The translations under genes and the position numbers were made by a program. A stretch of DNA of 32,000 nucleotides from Xylanibacter ruminicola 23 (GTDB taxonomy: Bacteria; Bacteroidota; Bacteroidia; Bacteroidales; Bacteroidaceae). Position 1 is the first letter of the stretch. The number at the start of each line of letters is the position of its first letter. Shown here one piece after another: positions 23,832 to 32,000 of the stretch. The stretch spans positions 330,001 through 362,000 of the forward strand of contig NC_014033.1 of assembly GCF_000025925.1 (NCBI RefSeq). Direction: 5' to 3'. The notes beneath the pieces are model-generated. The model saw nothing but the letters and a program-made list of their open reading frames with translations, searched no databases and had not been told where the DNA came from.

Positions 23832-26405
23832 GTGATTTATCCAAATAACTTTGAGCGTAAGCTCGGATTCGATGAGATTCGTAGGTTGCTGAAGGCACGT
23901 TGCCAGAGCACCTTGGGGCAGGAGAAAGTCGACGAAATGGCTTTCTCGGTTGATGCCGATGTAGTAAATGAATGGTTAACGCAGGTGCGCGAGTTCCGTA
24001 GGTTGACTGCCGAACACGATGATTTTCCCATGCAATACTTCTTTGATGTGCGCGAGAGCATTGCGCGCATACGATTGGAGAATACCCATCTTGAAGAGGA
24101 TGAGGTGTGGGATTTGCGTCGCTCGTTGGAAACAATTGCCAACATTGTGCGCTTTTTGCAGCGCGATGGCGACGAGAAACCTAACGGCGAGGTGGTGTAT
24201 CCGTATCCGGCCCTGTACCGTTTAACTGATGGCGTGGCTACCTTCCCCGCTATGATTCGTCGTATCGACTCTATTCTGGATAAATTTGGTAAGGTAAAGG
24301 ATTCGGCCTCGATGACGCTGGCTGGTATCCGTCACGACTTAGAGAAAACGCAGGGTAGTATCTCGCGTACATTATATACTATATTGCATGCGGCCCAGCG
24401 CGATGGGTTGGTAGATAAGGATGCTGCCCCCGCTATGCGTGACGGACGACTGGTGATACCAGTGGCTCCACAGGTAAAGCGCCGTATTAACGGTATTGTG
24501 CACGATGAGAGTGCTACTGGTAAGACGGTGTTTATTGAGCCGACCGAAGTGGTTGAGGCAAACAATAAGGTGCGACAGCTGGAGGCTGAGGAGCGTCGTG
24601 AGGTGATTCGTATTCTGACGGTATTTACTGATGAGGTACGCCCGCACGTGCGCGAGATAATCGACTCGTATCAGCTGTTGGCTATGATCGACCTGATTCA
24701 GGCCAAGGCCAAGTGGGCTGAGCTGACTCTGGCTTTTGAACCAACCGTAAAGGCCGAACCTGTTATCGACTGGATTCGTGCCATCCATCCCTTGCTGCAG
24801 CTCTCGCTGGAGAAGAAGGGTGGGCATGTGGTGCCTCTGGATATTATGCTGAACCGTGCAAAGCGACTGCTGCTTATCAGTGGTCCTAATGCTGGTGGTA
24901 AATCGGTATGCCTGAAAACGGTTGGCTTGCTGCAGTATATGTTGCAGTGCGGCTTGCCTGTTCCTATCGGTGATCGCTCTACCGCAGGTATCTTCGAGAG
25001 TATCATGATTGATATCGGCGATGAGCAGAGCATCGAGAACGATCTGAGTACCTACTCGAGTCATCTGATGAACATGAAGCAGATGATGAAACAGGCTGGC
25101 GAGCGCTCGCTGTTGCTGATAGATGAGTTTGGTAGCGGTACCGAGCCCGCCATTGGTGGTGCTATTGCCGAGGCCATGCTGAAGCAGTTCTGGAAGAAGC
25201 GTACCTTTGGTGTGATTACCACTCACTATCAGAACCTGAAGCATTTTGCCGACGATCACGAGGGTGTGGTGAATGGCGCCATGCTGTACGACCGACATGA
25301 GATGCAGGCCTTGTTCCAGCTGTCGATTGGTCAGCCTGGTTCGAGCTTTGCCATCGAGATTGCCCGTAAGACGGGTATCCCCGAAGAGGTGATTAAGGAT
25401 GCCAGTGATATCGTGGGTCAGGATTATATCCAGAGTGATAAATACCTGCAGGATATTGTGCGCGATAAGCGTTACTGGGAAGGTAAGCGACAGACTATCC
25501 ACCAGCACGAGAAGAAACTGCAGGCCAGTGGTGAGCGCTTGGAGGCTGCTGTAGAAGAGATTGAAGCAGAGCGCAAGGCTATTCTGCGCAAGGCCCGAGA
25601 GCAGGCCGAGGAACTGTTGCGCGAGAGTAATAAGAAGATAGAAAACGCCATCCGTGAGATACGTGAGGCCCAGGCCGAGAAGGAGCGTACCCGCAAGATT
25701 CGCGAGGAACTGGATACCTTTAAGGAGGAGCTGGCTCAGGTTGATACCCGTGCTACTGATGAAGCCATTGCCAAGAAGATGCGCCAGATTCAGGAGCGTA
25801 AGGAGCGCAGAGAGAAACGTAAGGCCGAGAAGCTTTCGAAGAAAGAGGAAGGTGGAAAGCGAGAGGATGCCGCAGCTGTAGCAAGTGCTCAGTCCTCAAA
25901 GGCTAACATACCACTCCAGAAAGGCGATACCGTGCGTATCAAGGGTCTTACCAGCGTGGGTGTTATCGATAGTATCGATGGCGGAAAGGCTGTGGTAGTA
26001 TTTGGTGGTATGAAAACCAAGATGCGCCTGGAGCGCCTGGAGCATGCCGAGAAACCCAAGGAGCAGCAGACCAAGGCCGAGGAACGTAACAGCAATATTG
26101 CTGGCTCGTATGGTGTGGTATCGAAGGATACTCGCAATGTGATTGATAATCGAAAACTGAACTTTAAACAAGATATAGATGTGCGCGGTATGCGTGGCGA
26201 CGAGGCTATTAATGCCATTACCTATTTTATAGACGATGCTATACTGGTAGGAGTGAGTCGTGTACGCATTCTGCATGGTACCGGAACAGGTATTCTGCGC
26301 CAGTTAATCCGACAGTATCTGGGCACTATTCCTAACGTTTCGCACTACCGCGACGAGCATGTGCAGTTTGGTGGTGCAGGCATCACTGTTGTGGATTTAG
26401 AATAA
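23832..26405 (+). CDS. mutS2: Endonuclease MutS2 (MutS-family ATPase with C-terminal Smr domain)
   Basis: Conserved N-terminus IYPNNFERKLGFDEIR. Walker A GPNAGGKS. DE motif LLLIDEFGSGTEP. Long Lys/Glu coiled coil. Smr domain DVRGMRGDEA...ILHGTGTGILR. Confidence 0.95.
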   Translation: MIYPNNFERKLGFDEIRRLLKARCQSTLGQEKVDEMAFSVDADVVNEWLTQVREFRRLTAEHDDFPMQYFFDVRESIARIRLENTHLEEDEVWDLRRSLETIANIVRFLQRDGDEKPNGEVVYPYPALYRLTDGVATFPAMIRRIDSILDKFGKVKDSASMTLAGIRHDLEKTQGSISRTLYTILHAAQRDGLVDKDAAPAMRDGRLVIPVAPQVKRRINGIVHDESATGKTVFIEPTEVVEANNKVRQLEAEERREVIRILTVFTDEVRPHVREIIDSYQLLAMIDLIQAKAKWAELTLAFEPTVKAEPVIDWIRAIHPLLQLSLEKKGGHVVPLDIMLNRAKRLLLISGPNAGGKSVCLKTVGLLQYMLQCGLPVPIGDRSTAGIFESIMIDIGDEQSIENDLSTYSSHLMNMKQMMKQAGERSLLLIDEFGSGTEPAIGGAIAEAMLKQFWKKRTFGVITTHYQNLKHFADDHEGVVNGAMLYDRHEMQALFQLSIGQPGSSFAIEIARKTGIPEEVIKDASDIVGQDYIQSDKYLQDIVRDKRYWEGKRQTIHQHEKKLQASGERLEAAVEEIEAERKAILRKAREQAEELLRESNKKIENAIREIREAQAEKERTRKIREELDTFKEELAQVDTRATDEAIAKKMRQIQERKERREKRKAEKLSKKEEGGKREDAAAVASAQSSKANIPLQKGDTVRIKGLTSVGVIDSIDGGKAVVVFGGMKTKMRLERLEHAEKPKEQQTKAEERNSNIAGSYGVVSKDTRNVIDNRKLNFKQDIDVRGMRGDEAINAITYFIDDAILVGVSRVRILHGTGTGILRQLIRQYLGTIPNVSHYRDEHVQFGGAGITVVDLE

Positions 26406-26490
26406 AAAATCAATACTTGATTTAAATCGTGAAACTTCCCAATAATGCTTAAAAAAGCTAAAAATATTTGGGCGGTAAGGTCATTCGTCG

Positions 26491-26498
26491 TATCTTTG
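26491..26498 (+). promoter_or_regulatory. -7 box TATCTTTG ahead of a ~130-nt leader
   Basis: Consensus TAnnTTTG. The next ATG of a credible gene is at 26633. Confidence 0.45.
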
Positions 26499-26632
26499 CA
26501 CCGGTTAAGCGTAACTAAGCGCTGATATGAACGCATTTCCGACGTGAAGTCGGTACTCTCAATTTTAATGAATTTATCTAAAGGATAACGCGGTTTGTTC
26601 GCGAGAACCCTCCGCCTAAAGTATAGAGATTT

Positions 26633-27079
26633 ATGATTGGTTTTATTAAGAAGGCAGTTTTGAGCTTAATGGCTCTGTTCTTGGTAACTCTGTCGGTTTC
26701 GGCCGAAGGTTTCGGTACACGGAGCAACAAAACGTTAGGCTTTGACTGGAATCCAGTGATGGATGCAATTATTAAAGTGGAAAGCGAAGGAAATCCTAAG
26801 GCCGTGAGTGGAAACTCGGTAGGCGCGATGCAGATTACTCCAGTACTCGTTAAGGAATGTAATAACATCCTGAGTAAACGTAAGAGTAAGAAGCGATACA
26901 CATTAGCTGACCGTTATAGTGTAGAAAAATCGAAAGAGATGTTCCTTCTGATTCAAAGCTATTTTAACCCGGAGAACAGCGTCGAGAAGGCTATACGTTC
27001 TTGGAATGGTGGTATGAATTATGGTATAAAAACTACTAACAGTTACTACCGAAAGGTTATAGCAAGAATGAAAAAGTAA
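26633..27079 (+). CDS. Small secreted lytic transglycosylase (SLT/lysozyme-like) protein
   Basis: Signal peptide, then the SLT catalytic-region pattern IIKVESEGNPKAVSGNSVGAMQITP. Confidence 0.78.
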   Translation: MIGFIKKAVLSLMALFLVTLSVSAEGFGTRSNKTLGFDWNPVMDAIIKVESEGNPKAVSGNSVGAMQITPVLVKECNNILSKRKSKKRYTLADRYSVEKSKEMFLLIQSYFNPENSVEKAIRSWNGGMNYGIKTTNSYYRKVIARMKK

Positions 27080-27088
27080 ATCTGATAA

Positions 27089-27134
27089 TCCGATTGTCGA
27101 GGGCCTGAGCCCTGACGATCGGATCATTTTTTTT
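27089..27134 (+). terminator. Intrinsic terminator
   Basis: TCCGATTGTCGAGGGC-CTGA-GCCCTGACGATCGGA stem (one bulge, two G-U pairs), followed by T8. Confidence 0.85.
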
Positions 27135-27181
27135 GTATGCGGTTTAATCTGTCAGTAAGTCGGGGGGGGAGGGATATAAAC

Positions 27182-27208
27182 AAAAAATGCAAGCCTTTCA
27201 GCTTGCAT
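27182..27208 (-). terminator. Intrinsic terminator of tRNA-Met
   Basis: The minus strand has ATGCAAGC-TGAAAG-GCTTGCAT followed by a T-run. Confidence 0.8.
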
Positions 27209-27219
27209 CTCCTCTTTAG

Positions 27220-27292
27220 TTGCGGAGGCAGGATTCGAACGTGCGACCTCCAGGTTATGAGCCTGGCGAGCTACCAACTGCTCCACTCCGCG
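27220..27292 (-). tRNA. tRNA-Met (CAT), initiator-like
   Basis: Anticodon loop CTCATAA. C1xA72 mismatch and A11:U24, both initiator hallmarks. -7 box TACCTTTG at 27340-27347. Unusual points: C52xC62 mismatch in the T stem, and A29:U41 where the third G:C pair would be expected. Confidence 0.85.
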
Positions 27293-27451
27293 ATGTTAAA
27301 TTTTCGCTGCATTTCAGGGTGTTTCCTGATTTGCGGGTGCAAAGGTACGACTATTTTTTGAATTGGCCAAATTTTTCGGCCATTTTTTTGTAAATTTGTT
27401 GTTTTTGTAATATTTTTCCTCGTTTTTCTTGTCAGTTTCAAATAAAAGGCT

Positions 27452-27459
27452 TACTTTTG
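27452..27459 (+). promoter_or_regulatory. -7 box TACTTTTG for the TetR-fabG unit
   Basis: Consensus match 47 nt upstream of the ATG at 27507. It is followed by the imperfect palindrome GCACAT-N9-GTGTGC. Confidence 0.5.
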
Positions 27460-27506
27460 CACATCGTAGAATAGTGTGCAATTTTAAAATTTAGGAGGAA
27501 ACAGAC

Positions 27507-28100
27507 ATGTCTATATCCAAGACAAGACAGAAACTAGTAGATGTAGCACGCCAGCTGTTCGCCAAGAACGGACTGGAAAATACGACGATGAACGATATTG
27601 CCCTGCAATCGGGTAAGGGTCGCCGTACGCTATATACCTATTTTAAGTCGAAAGAGGAAATCTACTATGCTGTTATCGAGAGCGAGTTGGAGCGATTGAG
27701 CGACAAGCTCGATGAGGTGGCTGCCCGAAAAATCCGTCCACAGGACAAGATTATCGAGCTGATCTATACCCATCTCAGTATGATTCGCGAAACGGTGGTT
27801 CGTAACGGTAACCTGCGTGCAGAGTTCTTCCGTAACATCTGGATGGTAGAGAAAGTGCGCCGCCATTTCGACGATGCCGAGATTGAGCTGTTCCGTAAGG
27901 TTTATGCCGAGGGTAAGGACGATGGCGAGTTTGATATCGACAACGTGGACCTGGTGGCTGATATTACACACTATTGTATCAAGGGCCTCGAAGTACCTTA
28001 TATATATGGACGTATTGCCCATGGTATGAAGGAGGAGGACACCAAACCCCAGGTGGCCAAGGTGGTTTATGGTGCGCTGGGAAAGATTCAGAAAAGATAA
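27507..28100 (+). CDS. TetR/AcrR-family transcriptional regulator
   Basis: N-terminal HTH A.QLFAKNGLENTTMNDIALQSGKGRRTLYTYFKSKEEIY. About 197 aa. Confidence 0.9.
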   Translation: MSISKTRQKLVDVARQLFAKNGLENTTMNDIALQSGKGRRTLYTYFKSKEEIYYAVIESELERLSDKLDEVAARKIRPQDKIIELIYTHLSMIRETVVRNGNLRAEFFRNIWMVEKVRRHFDDAEIELFRKVYAEGKDDGEFDIDNVDLVADITHYCIKGLEVPYIYGRIAHGMKEEDTKPQVAKVVYGALGKIQKR

Positions 28101-28132
28101 ACATTACACATTATTAATAATAGAAAACAATT

Positions 28133-28870
28133 ATGGGATTATTAGAAGGTAAGACAGCGCTGATTACAGGTGCTGCACGCGGTATCGGAAAGGCTATCGC
28201 ACTGAAGTATGCCTCTGAAGGCTGTAACATCGCATTCACCGACCTTGAGGTGAACGAGGAGACCGAGAAGGAAATTGCTGCTCTGGGTGTAAAGGCTAAG
28301 AGCTATGCTTCGAACGCTGCCGACTTTGCTCAGACCGAGGAAGTAGTTAAGGCTGTAAAGGAAGAGTTCGGATCAATCGATATTCTGGTTAACAATGCTG
28401 GTATCACTAAGGACGGACTGATGCTGCGTATGACTGAGCAGCAGTGGGATGCTGTTATCGCAGTAAACCTGAAGTCGGCCTTCAACTTCATCCACGCTTG
28501 TGTACCCGTTATGATGCGTCAGCGTGGTGGCTCTATCATCAACATGGCATCAGTAGTAGGTGTTCATGGTAACGCTGGTCAGGCTAACTATGCTGCCTCA
28601 AAGGCTGGTTTGATTGCTCTGGCTAAGAGTATCGGTCAGGAGATGGGTCCTAAGGGTATCCGTGCTAACGCCATCGCTCCTGGTTTCATCGATACAGCTA
28701 TGACTCAGGCTCTGCCCGACGATATCCGTAAGGAGTGGATCAACAAGATTCCTCTGCGTCGTGGTGGTCAGGTTGAGGATATCGCTAATGTTGCTACCTT
28801 CCTGGCTTCTGACCTCTCAAGCTATGTAAGCGGTCAGGTTATCCAGGTTGATGGTGGTATGAACATGTAG
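28133..28870 (+). CDS. fabG: 3-oxoacyl-ACP reductase
   Basis: SDR motifs TGAARGIGKAIA and NNAG, plus the catalytic S...YAASK. The end ...GQVIQVDGGMNM is typical of FabG. Confidence 0.93.
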   Translation: MGLLEGKTALITGAARGIGKAIALKYASEGCNIAFTDLEVNEETEKEIAALGVKAKSYASNAADFAQTEEVVKAVKEEFGSIDILVNNAGITKDGLMLRMTEQQWDAVIAVNLKSAFNFIHACVPVMMRQRGGSIINMASVVGVHGNAGQANYAASKAGLIALAKSIGQEMGPKGIRANAIAPGFIDTAMTQALPDDIRKEWINKIPLRRGGQVEDIANVATFLASDLSSYVSGQVIQVDGGMNM

Positions 28871-28897
28871 TTCATTGAACATTGATTATTGAACATT

Positions 28898-29569
28898 ATG
28901 GAGGTCGTTTACGAAGACAACCATATCATCATAGTCAACAAACAGAGTGGGGAGATCGTACAGGGCGATAAGACTGGCGATCGCCCCCTTTCTGAATTGG
29001 TGAAAGACTATATCAAAGAAAAGTACGCCAAGCCAGGTGCCGTTTTCCTGGGTGTGGTGCACCGCCTGGATCGTCCTGTTTCAGGGCTGGTGGTGTTTGC
29101 CCGAACCTCGAAAGCGCTTACCCGACTGAACAAGATGTTTGCCGAGGGACAGGTGCATAAAACCTACTGGGCGATAGTGAAAAATCGTCCTAAGGCCCTC
29201 GAGGGAACGCTCGAGAACTGGCTGGTGCGTAACGAGAAACAGAACAAGAGCTATGCCTACGATAAGGAGCGCCCCAATGCCAAGAAAGCCCTGTTGAAAT
29301 ATCGTGTGATAGGACAGACAGATAACTATACGGTGCTTGAGGTGAACCTGATGACGGGTCGTCATCACCAGATACGCTGTCAGTTGGCTGCCATGGGCTG
29401 TCCCATTAAGGGCGACTTGAAATATGGTGCGCCTCGCAGCAATCCCGATGGCAGTATCTCGCTCATGTCGCGTAGGGTGGAGTTCGTGCATCCTGTTTCG
29501 AAAGAAACCATTATCGTAGAGGCACCGTTGCCCAACGATCCGTTGTGGCAGGCTGCATCAACCAGATAA
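28898..29569 (+). CDS. RluA-family pseudouridine synthase (no S4 domain)
   Basis: ATG at 28898 (the track uses TTG at 28889). Catalytic motif HRLDRPVSGL; downstream GR.HQIR. Confidence 0.88.
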   Translation: MEVVYEDNHIIIVNKQSGEIVQGDKTGDRPLSELVKDYIKEKYAKPGAVFLGVVHRLDRPVSGLVVFARTSKALTRLNKMFAEGQVHKTYWAIVKNRPKALEGTLENWLVRNEKQNKSYAYDKERPNAKKALLKYRVIGQTDNYTVLEVNLMTGRHHQIRCQLAAMGCPIKGDLKYGAPRSNPDGSISLMSRRVEFVHPVSKETIIVEAPLPNDPLWQAASTR

Positions 29570-29573
29570 ACAA

Positions 29574-32000
29574 ATGAAGAAAGTCCTGAAGTGGTTGGGG
29601 ATAGCGGTTTTGGTACCCATACTGCTTATTGTGATTCTAACCGCGCTACTTTATTTGCCGCCTGTGCAAAATTGGGCGGTAAAGAAGGTGGCCGCCATCG
29701 CCTCGGAGAAAACGGGCATGGACATCACAGTAGAACGGGTATGCCTGGAGTTCCCGCTCGACTTAGGCATCGAGGGCTTTCGTGCTTTGCATCAAAACCA
29801 GACCGACACCATTGCCGATGTGCGCAAGATGGTGTGCGATGTGCGCTTGATACCCTTGTTTAGCAAGCGTGTGGTGATAGACGAGCTATCGCTGACAGAT
29901 GCCAAACTGAATACCAACGGCTTTATTGGCGACCTACGTATCAAAGGTAATCTGCAGGAACTTTGGCTGTCGTCGAATGGTATCGACCTTGACCAGGAAA
30001 CCGTAGAAGTGAATGGTGCCCGACTCTCAGAAGCCCAACTGGATATCGCCCTGAGCGATACAGCGGCTGTTGACACCACAGAATCGACAATGAAATGGAT
30101 AGTAAATGCCGATTCGGTGAGTATCCTGAAGAGTAATTTCATGGTCCACCTGCCAGGCGACACGCTGAACGCCCAAGCCTATATGGGTAGGGCAGTGGCA
30201 CGCGAAGTGCTGGCCGACCTTGGTAACAAGATTTATAAAGTGGGCAGTCTGGACTGGAACCAGGGACGCCTGAACTACGACAACCGCTACGAGCCAGAGG
30301 TGAGCGGACTGGATTATAACCATCTGGCACTTACGGATATCAATCTGCGTATCGATTCGATTGAATACGTAGAGCCTAACACCTCTCTTATTATTAGAGA
30401 CCTGAGGGCGAAGGAGAAAAGCGGTCTGCAGGTAAACCACCTGTCGGCCCGCGTAACGATGGACGACAAGCGACTCACCATCCCCCAACTGAGATTGCAA
30501 ACGCCTGATACAGATATCGAGACCGAGCTGGCGATGGACTTTAATACCTTCGACACCCAGCAGCCTGGTGCGATGAAGCTGCGTTTGAATGCGCAGATAG
30601 GTAAGCAGGATGTGATGCGTTTTGCCGGCGATATGCCACAGGCCTTTGTGCGCAACTATCCTAACCATCCCATCAGCATCAAGGGTTCGGTAAACGGAAA
30701 TATGCAGCATATGGCGTTTACGGGGCTCAACATCCATCTGCCAACTGCCTTCCGCATCACAGCTACCGGTACGGCTGATAACGTAACTGATATCACCAAG
30801 CTGAAGGCTGATATCGCCCTGAATGCCAAGACCGAGAATCTGAATTTTGCCTTGGCTTTGGCCGATCCTGCCTTGATGCGTAATTATCGCTTGCCAGGTA
30901 TGGCGATAGATGGTAAGCTGAAGGCCGATGGCACCCGCTATGCCACCAATCTGACACTGCGCGAGGGTACAGGCATAGTAAAACTGAAGGGTAGTGCCAG
31001 CATTCCAACCAATGCTAAAGGTGATTTGCTGATGGCTGGCATAAGCTACGATGCCGATATGAGCATCAACCGTCTGAATCTGCACCATTTTATGCCACGC
31101 GACTCTATCTATACCATCACAGCCGATGTGAAGGCCAAGGGATATGGTACCGATTTCCTCTCGAACAAGAGCAAATTGACAGCCAGTGCCAAGATACACC
31201 AGTTGCAGTATGGCAGTTGGGACTTGAAGCAGATGAATGCCGAAGCCACCTTGGCTAACGGACATGCGTTGGCATCTATCACGGGTCATAACCAGTTGCT
31301 GCAAGGCACCATAGGTGTTGACGCCCAGTTGAATACCAAGAAGCTGATGGCTACCATCAGTGCCGATCTGGATAAGGCCGACCTGTACCGCATGCGTTTG
31401 GTTGATATGCCATTGGCGATTGGCTTATGCGGTTCGGTAGATGTGGTTTCGGATATGAAACTCACTCATCGTGTAACAGGCTTGGTGGATGAAATCTACA
31501 TCAAAGGTAAGAACGAAACCCTGCGACCCGATTTTATCGGACTGCATGTCAATACTACGGTAGATACCGTGATTGCCCGTATTCAGAGTGGCGACTTTAT
31601 CGTGAAGCTGGATGCCAAGGGCAACTACGAGCGCCTGCTGAAGAAACTCACCATCTTAGGCGACTCAACTGTGGCGCAGATTGATAAGCGCATCATCGAC
31701 CAACCTGCCATCAAGCGTCTGTTGCCCGAGATGAAACTGCATGTCGAGAGTAAGCGCGACAACCCGATGGCCAGTTTGCTCAAGGCGTTAGATGTTCAGT
31801 TCAAGGAGCTGATGCTGGATGTGAATACCTCGCCTGTAACAGGTATTAATGGTCAGAGCTATCTCTACTCGTTGGTTTACGATAGTACCCGTATCGATAC
31901 CATCCGTTTGAACCTCACACAGAAGGGCGACCGCTTAACCTACCAGGGTCAGGTGCGCAACAACAAGCGTAATCCGCAGTTTATCTTCAATGCCCTGATT
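29574..32000 (+). CDS. TamB/AsmA-like translocation-and-assembly module protein, 5' partial (continues beyond the window)
   Basis: I translated 809 codons from ATG 29574 to the window end by hand and found no stop. N-terminal anchor MKKVLKWLGIAVLVPILLIVILTALLYL, followed by long beta-rich repetitive sequence. It is absent from the ORF track because it has no stop inside the window. Confidence 0.8.
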   Translation, partial: MKKVLKWLGIAVLVPILLIVILTALLYLPPVQNWAVKKVAAIASEKTGMDITVERVCLEFPLDLGIEGFRALHQNQTDTIADVRKMVCDVRLIPLFSKRVVIDELSLTDAKLNTNGFIGDLRIKGNLQELWLSSNGIDLDQETVEVNGARLSEAQLDIALSDTAAVDTTESTMKWIVNADSVSILKSNFMVHLPGDTLNAQAYMGRAVAREVLADLGNKIYKVGSLDWNQGRLNYDNRYEPEVSGLDYNHLALTDINLRIDSIEYVEPNTSLIIRDLRAKEKSGLQVNHLSARVTMDDKRLTIPQLRLQTPDTDIETELAMDFNTFDTQQPGAMKLRLNAQIGKQDVMRFAGDMPQAFVRNYPNHPISIKGSVNGNMQHMAFTGLNIHLPTAFRITATGTADNVTDITKLKADIALNAKTENLNFALALADPALMRNYRLPGMAIDGKLKADGTRYATNLTLREGTGIVKLKGSASIPTNAKGDLLMAGISYDADMSINRLNLHHFMPRDSIYTITADVKAKGYGTDFLSNKSKLTASAKIHQLQYGSWDLKQMNAEATLANGHALASITGHNQLLQGTIGVDAQLNTKKLMATISADLDKADLYRMRLVDMPLAIGLCGSVDVVSDMKLTHRVTGLVDEIYIKGKNETLRPDFIGLHVNTTVDTVIARIQSGDFIVKLDAKGNYERLLKKLTILGDSTVAQIDKRIIDQPAIKRLLPEMKLHVESKRDNPMASLLKALDVQFKELMLDVNTSPVTGINGQSYLYSLVYDSTRIDTIRLNLTQKGDRLTYQGQVRNNKRNPQFIFNALI

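Noticed and set aside
24372-25508. 378-aa minus-strand ORF and other ORFs inside 23832-26405
   Set aside because: They are antisense or out of frame relative to mutS2, which has unmistakable Walker A, DE and Smr motifs. They are shadow ORFs.
27137-27361. 74-aa plus-strand ORF; likewise 23612-23812 (-) and 23818-24145 (-)
   Set aside because: They overlap tRNA-Met, tRNA-Ser, their promoters and terminators, or the mutS2 5' end. They are not credible genes.
30027-31304. 425-aa minus-strand ORF, plus 29591-29863 (+), 29792-30163 (-), 30139-30330 (-), 30314-30655 (-) and 30793-31008 (-) from the track
   Set aside because: All lie inside the 809-codon open plus-strand frame starting at ATG 29574 (TamB-like), which the track omits only because it has no stop in the window. 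The listed ORFs have odd composition (rich in Gln, His, Ile, Gly and Arg) and no motifs, and are shadow ORFs.
1-32000. CRISPR arrays, rRNA genes, insertion sequences, integrases, prophage or defence-system genes
   Set aside because: I looked for direct-repeat/spacer periodicity, transposase- or integrase-like ORFs and terminal inverted repeats. The only repeats present are those reported above, and none has the structure of a CRISPR array or a mobile element.

Overview
This window looks like a chromosomal segment of a Bacteroidales genome, probably Prevotella/Segatella-like. That placement is an inference from three things: TAnnTTTG -7 promoter boxes in front of almost every transcription unit, many lipobox lipoproteins, and a hybrid two-component (HTCS) regulator. 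I support about 25 protein genes, 3 tRNAs (Arg-CCG, Ser-TGA, an initiator-like Met-CAT) and several clean intrinsic terminators. I see no rRNA, CRISPR array, transposase or integrase.

Left third (1-8924): a tightly packed same-strand cluster. It encodes two paralogous HEXXH lipoproteins (one with an N-terminal BACON-like domain), a CotH-fold lipoprotein, and an HTCS sensor/regulator that is translationally coupled to them. It resembles a PUL, but no recognisable glycoside hydrolase lies inside the window.

Middle (about 9.7-17.4 kb): a visibly rearranged accessory patch.
- A chimeric secreted protein: DUF4890/Spy-like domain, Gly-rich tandem repeat, then beta-helix.
- A truncated, partly near-identical paralog of its 5' end.
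- A 33-aa ORF that is essentially only a lipoprotein signal peptide plus three residues (smalltalk-like).
- A TPR-sensor PP2C/SpoIIE phosphatase.
- Three families of duplicated terminator/promoter modules, one of which is an inverted pair bracketing 5.4 kb.

Right part: mostly housekeeping. It holds an M18 aminopeptidase, an orphan TPR-sensor histidine kinase, mutS2, a small SLT-like transglycosylase, TetR-fabG, an RluA-family synthase, and the 5' 2.4 kb of a TamB-like gene. The TamB-like gene runs off the window, so it is missing from the supplied ORF track.

All family names come from motifs I can read in the translations plus memory. No searches were run.
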